This document shows positions 14,992 through 30,610 of a stretch of DNA of 64,000 bases, one piece after another (position 1 is the stretch's first letter; the number at the start of each line of letters is the position of its first letter). The notes below the pieces were generated by a model. That model was not told where the DNA came from, searched no databases, and worked only from the letters and a program-made list of their open reading frames with translations. The translations under genes and the position numbers were made by a program. Origin of the DNA: the human T2T-CHM13v2.0 reference genome, Homo sapiens; the NCBI RefSeq assembly GCF_009914755.1, contig NC_060933.1; one strand, given 5' to 3'.

Positions 14992-15177
14992 CTGCATTTT
15001 CTTGGTTCTAAGATGTATGCTTCTTCCACATTTTAACAACCTTTGACATTGGAATATGCCTTACACATGATGGCTTATAAGAATTTAATTGGTGGCATTT
15101 TCTTTTTTCCTAGTGGTACATAAAATAATGCTGTACCTTTAAATCAATAACATTGTCATATTAATTAAATAGCATGG
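14992..15177. mobile_element. Short Tc2/mariner-type non-autonomous DNA transposon (MER104-like) inside a MIR
   Basis: ttctaagatg...cacattttaaca...tagtggtacataaaataatg, about 185 bp, with TA on both sides (14990-14991, 15178-15179). Confidence 0.6.
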
Positions 15178-15697
15178 TAATTCTTTCAAAACCCACATCA
15201 TTCTATGTAAAATCTGCATTTTAAAGAGAAGATAAGACACTTACATAGGTTACATACCTAGTCAGCATCAGAGCCAGTAAACAAATCCCAGGAGTATGGA
15301 CTCCATGTTTGTGCTCTCAGACACTGTCTGTAATGCCTCTCAAACAATACTGCATATTACAAACCAGACCTTTTGTTCTATAATAAGATCACACCTACTG
15401 AAGAAAATATAAAACATCTTATTCATATTAATTTTTAACAGAAAGTGTTTTTGTAGTACACTACACAGAAAAAAAAAAAAAACATTGTGGCACAAGATGA
15501 CCGTGAAAGAAATAGAAACCTTCAAGCAGGCATGCAAAGACTCCAATACTTTCTCCATGTAGAAGAACATCGTATGTAATTACTAATGGCAATTCCATAT
15601 TAGAAGTTGTGAAGAATCAGGAGAAAAGCACCTGGTAGGGAATTGCTGAGTATATTACCAACACTGAGTATATGGTAACTATAGAAATTACATAAGG

Positions 15698-15910
15698 CAG
15701 AGTTTCTCCAGCCCAGCCTTCCTGACATTTTGGAACAGGTAATTTTTTGTGGTAGAGAGCTGTCCTTTTCATTGTCCTTTTATTTAGCGGTATCCTTGGC
15801 TCTACCCAGTACATGCCAGTAACACTCCCACAAGGTGACAAGCAAAAATATCTCCAGACATTGCCAAATGCCTGTTGGGGAACAAAATCGTCCTCAGTTG
15901 AGTACCACTG
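15698..15910 (-). mobile_element. MER20 hAT-Charlie DNA transposon
   Basis: tctccagacattgccaaatg...caaaatcgtcctcagttgagtaccactg is the reverse complement of the MER20 5' end; CAG...CTG termini, about 213 bp. Confidence 0.9.
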
Positions 15911-16911
15911 ATTTGAAGTATCTTCTATTATCTCATATATTCTGTAGCACACAGAAGATATTCAATGTGTGCTGTTGATGATAGGAGTGAAGAATAGATG
16001 AATGGGTGAGAGAAAGAAAGAAAAGGCAAGAAGGAGGAAAAGAGGGAGACAGGAACAGAGCATCTACACTATTTACTAATATTCAATCAATAGCAGTTAA
16101 TTTTAACTCTAAATTCAGAGACTAGATAGTATTCAGTAGTACTATAAACCAAACAGAAAACTCACTCCTTAATGCAATATCATATTTAGTAACTCTTATA
16201 TGTTATTTTAGAAAGGATTTATGTAGAATGTCAACCACAAGAGTGAAAAATAACTGTTCCCTTAAGAGTGCAATGGTTATAGATCTGATTTTCTTAAGCA
16301 TATTATGAGTTTGTTTAAAAGAGTTAATAAACAGTGTTATTGACAGACGCATGCTCATTTCATTGAGACAAAACTGTAATTGAATTGATAGGTAATGACC
16401 CTTTAAATCATAAGAAAAAAACCCAAGTGGATTCTTGTATAAACCCCGAGGCAGAATTTCTCTACATTAGTCATATTATTATTGATATACTGTCATGCTG
16501 ATATTAATACTCCTGAATGATGCTGCATCAATAAGGCATTAAAGTTTTTATATTTTCTGTTCTTATGAGGAAGTTTTAGAAAATATAATAAAAAGGAATA
16601 GCTCTGTGCTAACAATATAAATGTATTCCAAATGCATTTATCCATTCCGTAAATATTTATTGAGCACCAATCCAGAAATTGTGACATAATTGTAAGCTTT
16701 GTTCTTGAAATATATAATAATAAAAACCCAACTCTGTGGTTCAAATATGTGTAATTAATATGTTGTTATTTGCATTTATATGTTCTAGCTATCTAGAGGT
16801 TAGGTTTTTGTCATTAATAAAAATATGTAGTTTAATTCTTAAAGTACTAAAATGCCCTCCTCCCCTAAGACATTCCACCATTAGCTAAAATAAAGATAAT
16901 GACATAGAGGT

Positions 16912-17450
<539 letters not shown>

Positions 17451-18649
17451 ATTACACTATAGTAATGTTTCATTCATTTTTTATAATAATAGATAATAGA
17501 AAATTATTCTTGCATTTCTGTTTAATAAAATATATTCTTAAAGCAGTGCTTCTCCAATAGAACTGGGTGTCAAAATCACCTGAGTCAGTGAGTCTGGGTA
17601 GTTCATGATCCACTCTTTGAGAAACATTGCCTTTAAATATTAATATATTCATATTCTAATATTTGAAAATGAATGAATACATTAGATTATATTCCCTAGG
17701 CTCAGAAAAATTCTTTAGAATGGAGATAAAATAGAGAAAAGGCAAACAGGACTGAATGGTAAGGAAAGGCTGTTAAAAAAAAAATGGAATCAGGTAGTAA
17801 CATGAATTCCACCCATTGTATGGATTTGCCTTCAGGAATCCTTGCCATGAGCCACACTTTTAAGATGATGCTTATCCTCAACCATCTATTTTGAATTAGA
17901 AAACCCATTTCCCCCTAATTGCTTTTACAGTAATGCCAAGCACATAACCAAATTTCCAATGACTGTTTTTTTTTTAGAACTAATCCAATGTCAGCTTGAT
18001 CTTGTGTGTATATCATAGTAAGTCTTGAAAAATTTGTGTGTCCTCTGTTCTGTGTCTTAGAGGTTCTTGACCTAGACTATTTGGTAGTCCTGTAAATTTT
18101 TAGTAATGTTTGTTTCAATGTAAGAGATTATATCATACCCAAAGATTGAAATTATAAGCCCACTTAACATCCCATTTAGTAGAAAGGAAGAAATGTCAAA
18201 AGTGATAAAATATGTCAGTATCTAGAAAATAATAAAAATTTTACATTTATATGGTGACTTGGAGTGTTCCCAAGATGCTTTAACATGTATTGTCTTATCT
18301 GCTATAGACCTATAAACCAGGCAGCAGGAGTCATGGTCTCACCTTTCATAGGAGGACTTAAAATTACAATGATGTTAAGTGATGTATCTATGGCCACATG
18401 CCTAGAAACAACACAAAAGTGTACTTCATCTGACTCCTAAACTAGAAGGCCTTCCTATAAAGTATATATCAAATGCTAAAGGGTTTTACACCTGTCCATG
18501 CTTTTTCTATGCCTTCTTCAATACTTTCTTTTTCTTTTGTGGTTACATGATATCTATGCTCCCCAAAGATTTGCCCTATGCCTTCTGCTCTTCTTCCTCT
18601 ACATTTTATCCCTGAGTCATGTGATCCAAATATTATTTTCCATTTCAAT

Positions 18650-19480
18650 TTCCTTATTACCAATACTGCCTAAATTTATGTTTTCAATTTCATCCATATA
18701 TTTATACATTCAACTATCTAATGAATTATATCTCCTTAGATATAATTACAGGTGTGTCTAACTCATTGTTAATGAATATGACCTCACCGTGTACACTAAT
18801 GAAACTGCTTCTCCTGTATTATCTCTCTCCTGGAGAACGATATTATCATGAACTCAGTTGCCCAAGATGGAAGTCTGAAAGTTATTTTAGACTGTTTCGT
18901 CTCATTGCCCACTCCCCACATCCAAAGGCACAAGCCACAGTTCTAGTGGATTCGACTTCTAAAATAGTATCTACCATTTTCTCTTCTCTACCCCTGCTGT
19001 CACTGCCTCCCTTTGTCACTTCATTTTATCTTTCCTGAATCACAATAATATTTTTCTAACTGGTCTCTCTTTAGCTTCTCCAATTTCTACTGATTATAGC
19101 TGCCAAAAAATATTTTTGAAAACAAATCTGGTCATGTTGATCGCATGCCTCCCTGAGGAATTTGCCAGTGCTTTCAAAATCAAGATCAACCATTAGTTTA
19201 GCTCATATTTCTGATTTCTGCTTCTATCCTCTGCCTCTCTGCTGACTCATACTTCCACCCACCATACTTCTTTGGCCATATGTGACTTTCACTTCAGCTA
19301 TACCAAACTACTAACAATTCTTCAAACACATCATGCATTTTCTCTCTCCCAAACATGCTGGAAAGTCATTTATTCCCTACCCCATGACCTTGACATAGTT
19401 AAGTACTTTTCCCCCAGAACTCAGCTCAGATATCACATTATACATAAAACATTTTTCTATCTAACCACACTCTAATTTAT
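18650..19480 (+). mobile_element. L2 LINE fragment
   Basis: ctcagttgcccaag, ctaactggtctc, aaacaaatctggtcatgt, ctcagctcagatatcac are L2 3' region landmarks. Confidence 0.65.
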
Positions 19481-20819
19481 ATGCTTCCTAATTGTATTTC
19501 CATTTATGAAGAGCCATAAGATGTTCATACACTTTAAACATGTATTTATCCTTAAAAATTCCAAAATATAGGAAAGGTTATCAGTATGAAGTAATTGGCC
19601 TCTTCTAGGAAAACACCTAACTTTTTAGACTTTCAACTTCTGTGACTTCTAAACTTATTACACAATACTTCAGTACATCAACTGAAAATGAATATTTTGA
19701 GCTATTGTTTTGCTCTTGGAAACACTCAGGTTTGGCAGTGTTGACATCAGTTTTTCTCTTCAGCAATATTTGTGCAATTAGTTTGATATATTATTGAATG
19801 TTATGGTTATTTTGTAAATAATGTAAAAATTAGAAGAAAAGAAAAAAATTGCTGATACAAGTAAAAATACTGGTTATACAAGTGTAATAAAACTGCAAAA
19901 AAATAGAAATCAGGAAATTTTTGGCTTCAGTCAGTCACTCACTAGAATTTAACTGGTTGGCAGTGTCCCACTGCAAATAAAAGAACAAAAGCCTTCTGTG
20001 AATAACTGTGGGAAACATATTGTCTTAAAAGAAATACAGTCATGGATTTTATAAATTCTTTAGCTTTGGAGAATGGACTTTCCCTTATAACTAGTAAGAA
20101 TATTGTACAAATTTCACACATTGTACTTTCATAGACCTATCTAGGAATGCATTATATTTTATCACACGGGCCTATTTGTACCCATGAAAACTGAGAAGCA
20201 ATCTAGATATGCATCAGTAGAATGGGAACAAATTAATTGATGCCACAGTCACTAGATAGAATATTATGCAGCCTTTATTAAGAAGGCTATGTGAGAATCT
20301 GAAAACATAGTTATAATTTGGTAGTAAATTGAATGGCAAATTAAACATTGTGTGCCTATTATTAATTCATTTTATTTATATATATATCAATAATATATCC
20401 CTATATATCAATAATATATCATTATATATATCACAATGGAAAATTATTTGAAAGGGTTATATCAAATTTACTAAGCTCTTTAGTTTCAAGAGTGACATTA
20501 TAGATAATTTATCTCTATATTTCAAGATCTTTACAATTGTTATTATTTCTAGAAATAATTAGATCATAAATTTCTAAAAGTTTAGGAGGAGGCTATTTCT
20601 ATAAGCTCAACATTGAACAAGGAATGAACATCAATCATATATAAAATAAATATATTGGGGCTTTGTAAATCCTCTATTGAAGAGAAAGTGTATTTTCAGT
20701 TATAAAGGGAGGCAGATGTATATTAGTCAGAAGCATGATTTTGCTGTCTATTTTTTAAACTTAAATATGATGAAAAGAGCTGTGGGTAGATGTCAAGGTG
20801 ACAAGGGCTGAAAAATACT

Positions 20820-21400
20820 GAACTGTTCTATTGTCAATTTGTTTACATGGAGCAATGTTTTCTAGAATCCCCTTATCATATCATTTCATCTTAGAGTTGG
20901 CTAAATGATAAGTTGCATGAGATTTGGGAGATAGAGGTGAAACATCAGCCATTACACTCTAAATATCAACACTGGTTGGTGGCAAGGAGAGAAAGGTGCC
21001 AAGGATATCTGACGTGTTCCAGTTTGCCTTCCTTTCCTACTCAGCAACCAGCTTTCCTTATCAACTGTTGGCCATAATAACTAACAGAGGCCCAAGGCCT
21101 ATTACCACAATTTAGATGTGCACTAACCCAGAAAGGCAGGAGTCACAAAGTACCAACTTCCATAGATGCCTGCATCAGCCTTCTTTATGGTCCTACTCTA
21201 GTAGTATGATATGACTAGCTTCCAGAATTTCCAGCAAATTCTGACTCATTCCCTTATACTAGAAATGGCTAGGGACATTTCTCTGATCTTCTAACTTCCA
21301 CCCTCCTTTGGAACACTATTGCCAGAAAGGATATAGGATCTTATATCTATAATAATTTGCTTATACCAGGATTATACTTCGGTGTACCAAACTAAAGCAG
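20820..21400. mobile_element. Old ERVL-type LTR (LTR41/LTR16-like)
   Basis: ttctagaatccccttatc...cttagagttggc...catgagatttgggag...gaggtgaaacatcagccatta resembles this LTR class; subfamily unresolved. Confidence 0.45.
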
Positions 21401-22455
21401 TTATTGATACCAGAAGCTGAGAGTGCCATAAAAATCTGAAATATGTTGACTGGCAGTAGACAGAAGTTATGAGTGTCTTACTGTTAGTAAAGGCCTGAAA
21501 GACAGACAACTTCTATTAGAGGCTGAAGAAAAGGGGATCTAACATGGAAAATTAAGCTATCAAGTAATCACATATAGTCGAATTGGAATAGATAGCGGTA
21601 CTGAAAAGTAGAGGTTGAGTTTTCTCCTAAAGCAATATATATGATTACAGATGAACTCTGATTAGGGAAATGGTTACTCCAGGGGTGCTTGTTAAAATAA
21701 TGTGGATTGCACCTAACTTCCAGACTTTCTGCTTCAGTCATCAAAGAAAGGTCCAGGAACCTGCGTTTTTTAAAAAGACCCTAAAGGATTGTATTATCAA
21801 TGAACCAATCACCATTAGACACTCAATCATAGGGAGGGAGGTGGTCATAGCGGAAAAATTAAATCAACTAGCCAGGTCAATGGAAAATGGAACACAGGTC
21901 AAATCTCACTTAAATTTATAAGCAAGAATTCTAGATATGTGCATTAGGTTGAGGAAAATGCACACAAGTCAGTCACCAAATAGAAATTTAAAATAATATA
22001 AGACATCCTCCAACTTATAGTTATTGCTCTTTTTTTGGTGGGTGAGGGTACTTGAGTATGTATATTACTATTGACAAAGTAGTTCCAAGAGAAAGTAAAA
22101 GAAACAGAAATGTAAGCACGAAAGGTAAAGTAGTCAGATTCTAACAAGGAAAGGAAAATCAGAGCTATATAGATATTACTCTTAGTTACACTATAATCTT
22201 TTCATGTAATTGCATATAAAATATCAGTTTCAAACATCAAGAGATAAGTTTTAGACTAGGAGAGAGACAGAGACTAAGGTAGAGTCTTCATACCATATCT
22301 GAAAAAAATCATTTGATCAATTAGTCCTGCTAGAGGTTAACGTCATTTCTCACAGTCTGAAGTTGCTATTGCCTTTTAAGCAAATATCTTACTCTTGTTA
22401 AAGCATTTTTATGATGACTACAGCAAATTAAAGATGATCTAAAAAATTGCTATGC

Positions 22456-23203
<748 letters not shown>

Positions 23204-23650
23204 CCTCCCAGTGAGCAGCAGAGGCTATTTCCTTCCCAGAGTCTATTTTCTTCCCATCAAATCTGTGCAAGCCTTTGTGGGGTTCTTGACTAGTGAAATA
23301 CAGTGGAAGTGATGTTCTTAGGACTTCTGAGGTTACATCATAAGAAACCTTGCAGCATTCACCTAGGTTTTTCATGACACTCACTCTTGGGATGCTTGTT
23401 CTTGGAAGCCAGAGCCTAACACACACGGAGAAGCATGTACAGGTTCTCCAACAAATAGTCCAGCTGAGCTCCAGCTGAAGCCAGCACCAACTGCCAGCCA
23501 TGTGAGTGGTCACCTTGGATGTCCAGATGACTGCAGCCTCAAGAGAGACCCTGAGCAAGAATGTCCCCAGTCAACACACAGCACAAAAATAAAGATATTT
23601 TAAGCCAATAAATTTAGGAGTGATTTGTTATACAGCAATAGATAACTTGA
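23204..23650 (+). mobile_element. MLT1 (MaLR) LTR, MLT1G/H-like
   Basis: gtggaagtgatg...gacttctgagg, ccagcaccaactgccagccatgtgagtg, tttgttatacagcaatagataac. Confidence 0.8.
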
Positions 23651-26264
23651 GTGATGATAAAGCAAAAGGAAATGCCTCAAATAGTGCAACAAGGAAGAGA
23701 AATTTAAATATTTCTTCTTCACAGAAGAAATACCACAGAAAAATTATTATGGACCCAAGGGCCAAAGATTTAGAATTAACTTATTTTAAATTTTATTTTT
23801 AATTTGGCTTCTTGCAAGTGAGAATTAAAATACAAATCTGAACACTACCCAAAGCACATTTTTATCATAAATTTCTCTGCCATCAGATATATAATCTTTA
23901 AAAAACTACTCACAGAGAAGTGTCTGGTGAAAACTGAACACAAGTAAAATCTGTATAGGCCAAGGAGCTTTTCTGTAATAATCTGCAAGGATAATGCTAC
24001 CATCTAATCAACCTAATTTGCAAAATGCCAAAAGCCAGTAGTATGTAATCTTGGGTAATTTAGATTAACATCGATTTCTGAAAGATGGGCAAAAGCAAAA
24101 AGTAAATTATTTTAATATATAGATGGAGCATTATAAATTCTGGGAAAATGTGCATTTTGTCCTCTTTATGTTTTTCTAAAAGCAAAACTATATGATGCTT
24201 TTCAGAGACAAGGTAAAGATGATAATGAATATTAGATCGCTGTTATTTGGGGTATAATTACACTTAATAGAATAATCATCACCTAAATCAGAATTTATAA
24301 TGATCAAATGGGATAAAACCGTGTTGATTTTAAAATAAAGGGAAAGGTATGAATGTTTTTCTTTTTAGAAAGGGCAATATTTTTATCTTTAAGATCTCTT
24401 TTGACTATGATAGATATAGTGGTAAACAAAGACATAGAAATAGGTGAAGACATAGTCTGTGTGCTCCAGAATGTGAATAAAGGCTATCCTTTGCACTTAT
24501 GCGATTTGCTGGATGTAGTTAAATGGAAAAATCATGACCCACACAACTGGAACTATGTGGTTTCAGTTTCAAACACACAACTTCAAGACAGAATAGAAAT
24601 GGTTATCACACTGACATTCACTTCTTATGCAGAAGACTGGAGGTAGTAGAGTCACCTCAAACTTAAGACTATCCTATTAAAAAAATAGAAAGAAAAGTAA
24701 GATTTTAAAGCCCAGGCTCTCTTGCTGTTACCTTGATCCTTATGAAATCAGTTAAACTTTACAGATTAAAATCTTAAAAACATGTACAATTTAATTCTAC
24801 AGCCCCTTAAAGTCATACTAAATCTTTTTCTAACACTGATGTGAGGAAGGGGAATTATATACACCTTAAGGCATTAATTTCAAAATTTTACTCAACTGGG
24901 GAGAGACTTACACCAGGATATTTTCAAAAATCTATGTCAAAAGAAAGATTAAGAGCTTCTGTGCTATTTCTTTCTTAATATTTGAGAAATTTTTCATCTA
25001 TTCGTTAAGAAATGAGGTTGTATCTTTGATAATGTATGTCCATATAAAGAGATCATTCAGAAAAAGTGGATTTGCCTTTCCCTCACCATCATGTTAATTG
25101 TGCATATAATAATTACCTAATGAGTCAGGGCAGCTAACTCAGCATATTCTTCCCTTTCTTATATTAGCTCATCATTCCAAAATTCAAAGAACACCATGAA
25201 TCACAGCATTCATGCATTGATATTCTGAAGAAAACAATTCTGCTTAACTTGTAAAGTTGTATGACAGATACAATTAGTAAAAAAGAGGTTTCTGTGCTGT
25301 TATTTTCCGTGGGAGAAAAAAAAACACAAATTGTTCTCAATCTTTGTGTTATTTCAAAGCACTCTTTACTGAAAGGAATCGTGTTGTGTAAGAAAGACAA
25401 AGTACAAGAATGCAACAATGCAACAAAAATATTTTTCAAAGCAAAATAGCCTAACCTATTGAAAGTAGTTTGATGCCATACAGCTAGTCCCAATGACTCC
25501 TTGCTTCATAGTTTCCCAGATGTTGTATACCAGAATGCTATTTGAACTGTATCATTCCAAACAAGAGGCAATGAAATATCTTTACATGCTGAACTTGGCA
25601 GCAACACATTCTCTCCCTCTTCCTCACTCCCAATCTTACAGGTTAATACTGTAATGTCAGATTTTTAAAATATATTTTAAAAATATTTTCCCAAAGACTT
25701 GATTAGTTGTTCATTTGTAGTTAAAATGACACCAAGAAATGTATGATAGAAAAACTGAAGAGTTCTCTAGGAGGCTTGAATTGTTTCAGCAATGGACATT
25801 GGGCTGTGGGGCATGGGGGACAGCACCAGGGAGCTCTAAAATGCAAAGTCTCCCTGAGAACAGTCTCTGTCGTAAAACCCATCTCTACAGTGACATCTCT
25901 AAGAAGGTTAAACCTCTTTTGGATTAAGTGCCCAATGGAGAATTTGAAACCCCAGAGTTAAGCCAACTTAATCAAGAATGAACGTTTTAGAGGGCAAACA
26001 AAAGGGTTTGTGGAATTGAACTGGGTAAACATCTTTCTCTCAAATCATTTGATACAGTTTGTTCTAGTATATTCTTCTATCCATGTCATTTATCTCTATC
26101 AATCAATCAATCAGTCATCTATCTGTCTATCATCTTATGCAGTCAAATAATGTAAAAAAACACTCCATCATGAGGGTAGGCAACTGTGCCCATAGAAGGC
26201 CAGGAAGCTAGAAAGTTAAAGTACAAGGAAAAGGAAAAAACTGGGCCACTTACATCTCTAGACC

Positions 26265-26760
26265 TGTAAGCGAGCCCAGGTTCAGCTGCTTGCCACTTGA
26301 AAGCCAGACACAAGAGATGATTGTTGGTGAGAGGAAAAACAAGTTTATCTGAAGGTCCAACAAACTGAGAAGATGGTGAACTAGCATTCTAAAGTACCAT
26401 CTTACCTTTCTTCAGGTTGACCAGAGGATTTTTATGGGAGGGAAATATGGGGAAGAAGAGGGGGCTGATATCAAGAGGTACTAATGACCACAGACATCTG
26501 GGGGTCAGAGAGGGTCCAAGGAGGTTGGAAACTTGTTTATCCTTGGTCAGGCCACAGTGCTCTTATAAATCTTTAACAAAACATAGTTGTTTATATACTT
26601 CTTTAATCCCAGAGTTAATTTTAAAAATTACATGGTCACTGTTTTTGCATATTATCTCAGTGCTCTAAAATTATCCTAGCCTACATGCAGGAATGGGTAA
26701 AGGCCTCTTAAATAAAACTTGAGTTAGTTACATTAGTTCTTTTGCTATTTCACAGTTACA
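26265..26760 (-). mobile_element. ERV1 (MER4-group) solo LTR
   Basis: 496 bp bounded by TGTAA...TTACA inverted termini; the minus strand begins tgtaactgtgaaatagcaaaagaactaatgtaactaactc as in MER4-group LTRs; subfamily unresolved. Confidence 0.75.
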
Positions 26761-28340
26761 GGCTTGGTACTATAAAGGCCAGGGAGTCTTCTAAGCTCAT
26801 TTGAATCAGAGTGCCTTCAAGTATTTGAGACAAAGCAAGTAAAACAAATGATGCTTTTGTTTACTTTTTTACTTTTTAATTTTTGTGGGTACATGGTAAG
26901 TGTATGCATTTATGGGGTATATGAGCTATTTCAATCCAGGTATGTAATGCATAATAATTATATCATGGAAAATGGGGTATCTATCCCTTTAAGCATTTAT
27001 CTTTTGTGTTACAAACAATCCAATTATACTCTTTACTTTTAAATGTACATTAAATTATGATTGACTATAGTCACCCTGTTTGGCTATCAAATACTAGGTC
27101 TTATTCATTCTTCTATTTTTTGTACCCATTAACAATCCCTACCTCCTGTCCATAATCCCACTACCCTTCCCAGCCTCTGGTAACCATCTTTCCACTCTCT
27201 GTCTCCATGAGTTCAATTGTTTTGATTTTTAGATCCCACAAATAAGTGAGAACATGCGATATTTGTTTTTCTGTGCCTAGCTTCTTTCTTTTAACATAAT
27301 GACCTCCAGGTCCATCCATGTTGTTGCAAATGACAGAATCTCATTATTTTTTATGGCTGAATAGTACTCCATTTTCTTTGTCCATTAATCCGTTGATGGA
27401 AACTTAAGTTGCTTCCAAATCTTGGCTATTGTGAACAGTGCTGTGAACAAACATGGGAGTGCAGATATCTCTTCAATATGCTGATTTCCTTTCTTTTTGC
27501 TATATACCCAGTAGTGGGATTGCTGGATTGTATGGTAACTGTATTTTAGTTTTTGGAGCAACTTCCTAACTATTCTCCATAGTGGTTGGACTAATTTACA
27601 TTCTCCCAATAGTGTACAGGGTTTTCTTTTCCACATCCTCGCCAGCATTTGATATTGCCTGCCTTTTGGATATAAGCCATTTTAACTTGGATGAGACAAT
27701 ATCTCATTGTAACTTTAATTTGCATCTCTCTGATGATCAATGATGTTGAGCACTTTTCATATGCCTGTCTGCCATTTGTATGTTTTCTTCTGAGAATGTC
27801 TATTCAAAATATTTTTCCATATTTTGGTCAGATTATTATAATTTTTTCCTATAGAGTGGTTTCAGCTCCTTATATATTCTAATTATGAATCTCTTGTCAA
27901 ATGAGTAGTTTGCAAATATTTTCTCCCATTCTGTGGGTTGTCTCTTCACTTTGTTGATTGTTTCCTTTGCTTTGAAGAAGCTTTTTAACTTGATGTGATC
28001 CCATTTGTCCATGTTTGCTTTGGTTGTCCTGTGCCTATGGGGTATTACTCAAGACATTTTGCCCAGACCAATGTCCTAGAGAGCTTTCTCAATGCTTTCT
28101 AATAGTAGTTTTATAATCTGAGGTCTTACATTTAATTCTTTAATCCATTTTGATTTTTTGTATATGGCAAGAGATAGGGGTTCAGTTTCATTCTTCTGCC
28201 TATGGATACCCAGTTTTCCCAGCACCATTTATTGAAGAGAATGTCTTTTCCCCAGTTGTTCTTGGCATCTTTATCAAAAATGAGTTCATTGTAGGTGTGA
28301 GGATTTCCTTCTGGGTTCTCAATTCTGTTCTATTGGTTTA

Positions 28341-30610
28341 TGATATGGTTTGATGTGTCCCCACCCAAATCTTACCTTGAATTGTAGCTCCCATAATCCC
28401 CATGTGTCATAGGAGGGACCCAGTGGGAGGTAACTGAATCATGGGAGCAGTTACCCTCATGCTGTTCTTGTGATAGTGAGTTCTCACAAAATCTGATGGT
28501 TTTATGAACGGCTTTTCCTCCTTTTGCTCATACTGCTTCTTGCTGCAGCCATGTGAGAAAGGATGTGGTTGATTCCCCTTTTGCCATGATTGTTTCCTGA
28601 GTCCTCACCAGCCATGCTTAACTGTGAGTCAATTAAACCTCTTTCCCTTTTAAGTTACCCAGTCTTGGGTATGTCTTTATGAGCAGTGTGAGAATAGACT
28701 AATACAGTTAAATTGGTACCACAGAGAGTGAGGCACTACTGTAAAGATACCTGAAAACATGGAAGCTACTTTGGAACTGGGTTAACAGGCAGAGGTTGGA
28801 ACTGTTTGGAAACCTCAGAAGAAGACAGGAAAATGTGGGAAAGTTTGGAACTTCCCAGAGACTTGGAGGGCTCAGAAGAGAGGAAGATGTGGGAAAGCCT
28901 AGAGACTTGTTGAATGGCTTTGACCAAAATGCTGATAGTGTTATCGACAATGAAGTCCAAGCTGAGGTGGTCTCAGATGGAGATGATGGACATTTTGGAA
29001 ACCGGAATAAAGGTCACTCTTGCTACGCAAAGAGACTGGTTGCATTTTTCCCCTGTCCTAGAGATCTGTGAAACTTTGAACTTGAGAGAGGTGATTTAGG
29101 GTACATGGCAGAAGAAATTTCTAAGCGGCAAAGTGTTTAAGAGGAAGCACAGCATAAATGTTTTAAAAATGTGTAGCCTTACAATGCAGTAGAAAAGGAA
29201 AAACCATTTTGGGGCGAGAAATTCAATTTGGCAGTAGAAATTTGCATGAGTAACAAGGAGCCAAATAATCACCAAGACAAAAGGGAAAAATGTTTCCAGG
29301 ACATGTCAGAGACCTTCATGGCAGCCCCTCCCATCACAGGCCCAGAGGCCTAGGAGGGAAAAATGGTTTAATGAGTCGGGCTTGCGTCCCCCCTGCTGCT
29401 CTGTGCAACCTCAGGACTTGGTGTGCTGCATCCCAGTCATGCTATAAGGGGACAACATACAGCTCAGGCTGTTGCTTCAGAGGCTGCAAGCCCCAAGCCT
29501 TGGCAGCTTCCATGTGGTGTTGGTCCTGTGGGTGCACAGAAGACAAGCAATGAGTTTTGTGAACCTCCACCTAGATTTTCAGAGGATGTATGAAAATGCC
29601 TAGATGTCAAGGCAGAAATCTGCTGCAGGGTAGGAGAACCTCTGTTATGGCAGTGCAGAGGGAAATGTGGGGTTGGAACCCCCACACATAGTCCCCACTG
29701 GGGCACTGCCTAGGAGAGCTGTGAGAAGAGAGCCACCATCCTCCCTACCCCAGAATGATAGATCCACTGACAGATAGCAGTATGTGCTGGGAAAGGGGCT
29801 GTACCCTGCAAAGCCACAGGGGCAAAGCCGCCTGAGGCCATGGGAGCTCACCTCTTGCTTCAGTGTGCCCTGGATGTGAGACATGGAGTCCATGGGAGAC
29901 ATGGGATCATTTTGGAACTTTAAAGTTTAATGACTTCCCTATTGGATTTCTGAGTTGCATGGGGCCTGTAGCCTTTTTATTTTGCCAATTTCTCCCATTT
30001 GGAATGGGTGTATTTACCCAATGCTGTACTTCCATTGTATCTAGGAAGTAACTAACTTGCTTTTGATTTTACAGGATCATAGGCAGAAGGGACTTGCCTT
30101 GTCTCAGATAAGACTATGAACTCAGACTTTGGGGTTAATGCTGAAGTAAGTAAAGACTTTGGGGAACTGCTAAGAAGGGTATGGTATGATTGGTTCTGAA
30201 ATATGAGGACATGAGATTTGGAGGGACCAGGGGCAGAATGATATGGTTTGGCTGTGTCCCCACCCAAATCTCATAATGAATTCCAGTTCCCATAATCCCC
30301 ATGTGTCATGGGAGGAAACTGGTGGGAGGTAATTTAATCATGGGGGCAGTTACCTTCATGCTGTTCTTGTGATAGTGAGTTCTCATGAGTCCTGATGGTT
30401 TTATAAGGAGCTTTGCCTTCTTTTGCTCAGCACTTCTCCTTGCTGCCACCATGTGAAGAAGGACATGTTTGCTTTTCCTTCACCATGATTTAAGTTTCCC
30501 TATTCCTTGCCAGCCATGCTGAACTGTGTGAGTCAATTAAACCTCTTTTCTTTATAAATTACCCAGTCTTGGATATCTCTTTCTTAACAGTGTTAGAACA
30601 AACTAATAAA
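28341..30610 (+). mobile_element. Complete THE1 (THE1C-like) MaLR provirus: LTR 28341-28706, internal 28707-30238, LTR 30239-30610
   Basis: Both LTRs begin tgatatggtttg and end actaata(c/a)a; internal part starts gttaaattggtacca; 5-bp TSD gttta/gtcta; L1 sequence resumes colinearly on both sides. Confidence 0.96.

Noticed and set aside
20380-20435. tatatatcaataatatatc repeated
   Set aside because: Ordinary AT-rich slippage repeat with no spacer structure; not CRISPR-like.
28800-28910. Internal duplication ctcagaaga...atgtgggaaag...agagacttg
   Set aside because: As I recall it is a common feature of THE1 internal sequences, not specific to this locus.
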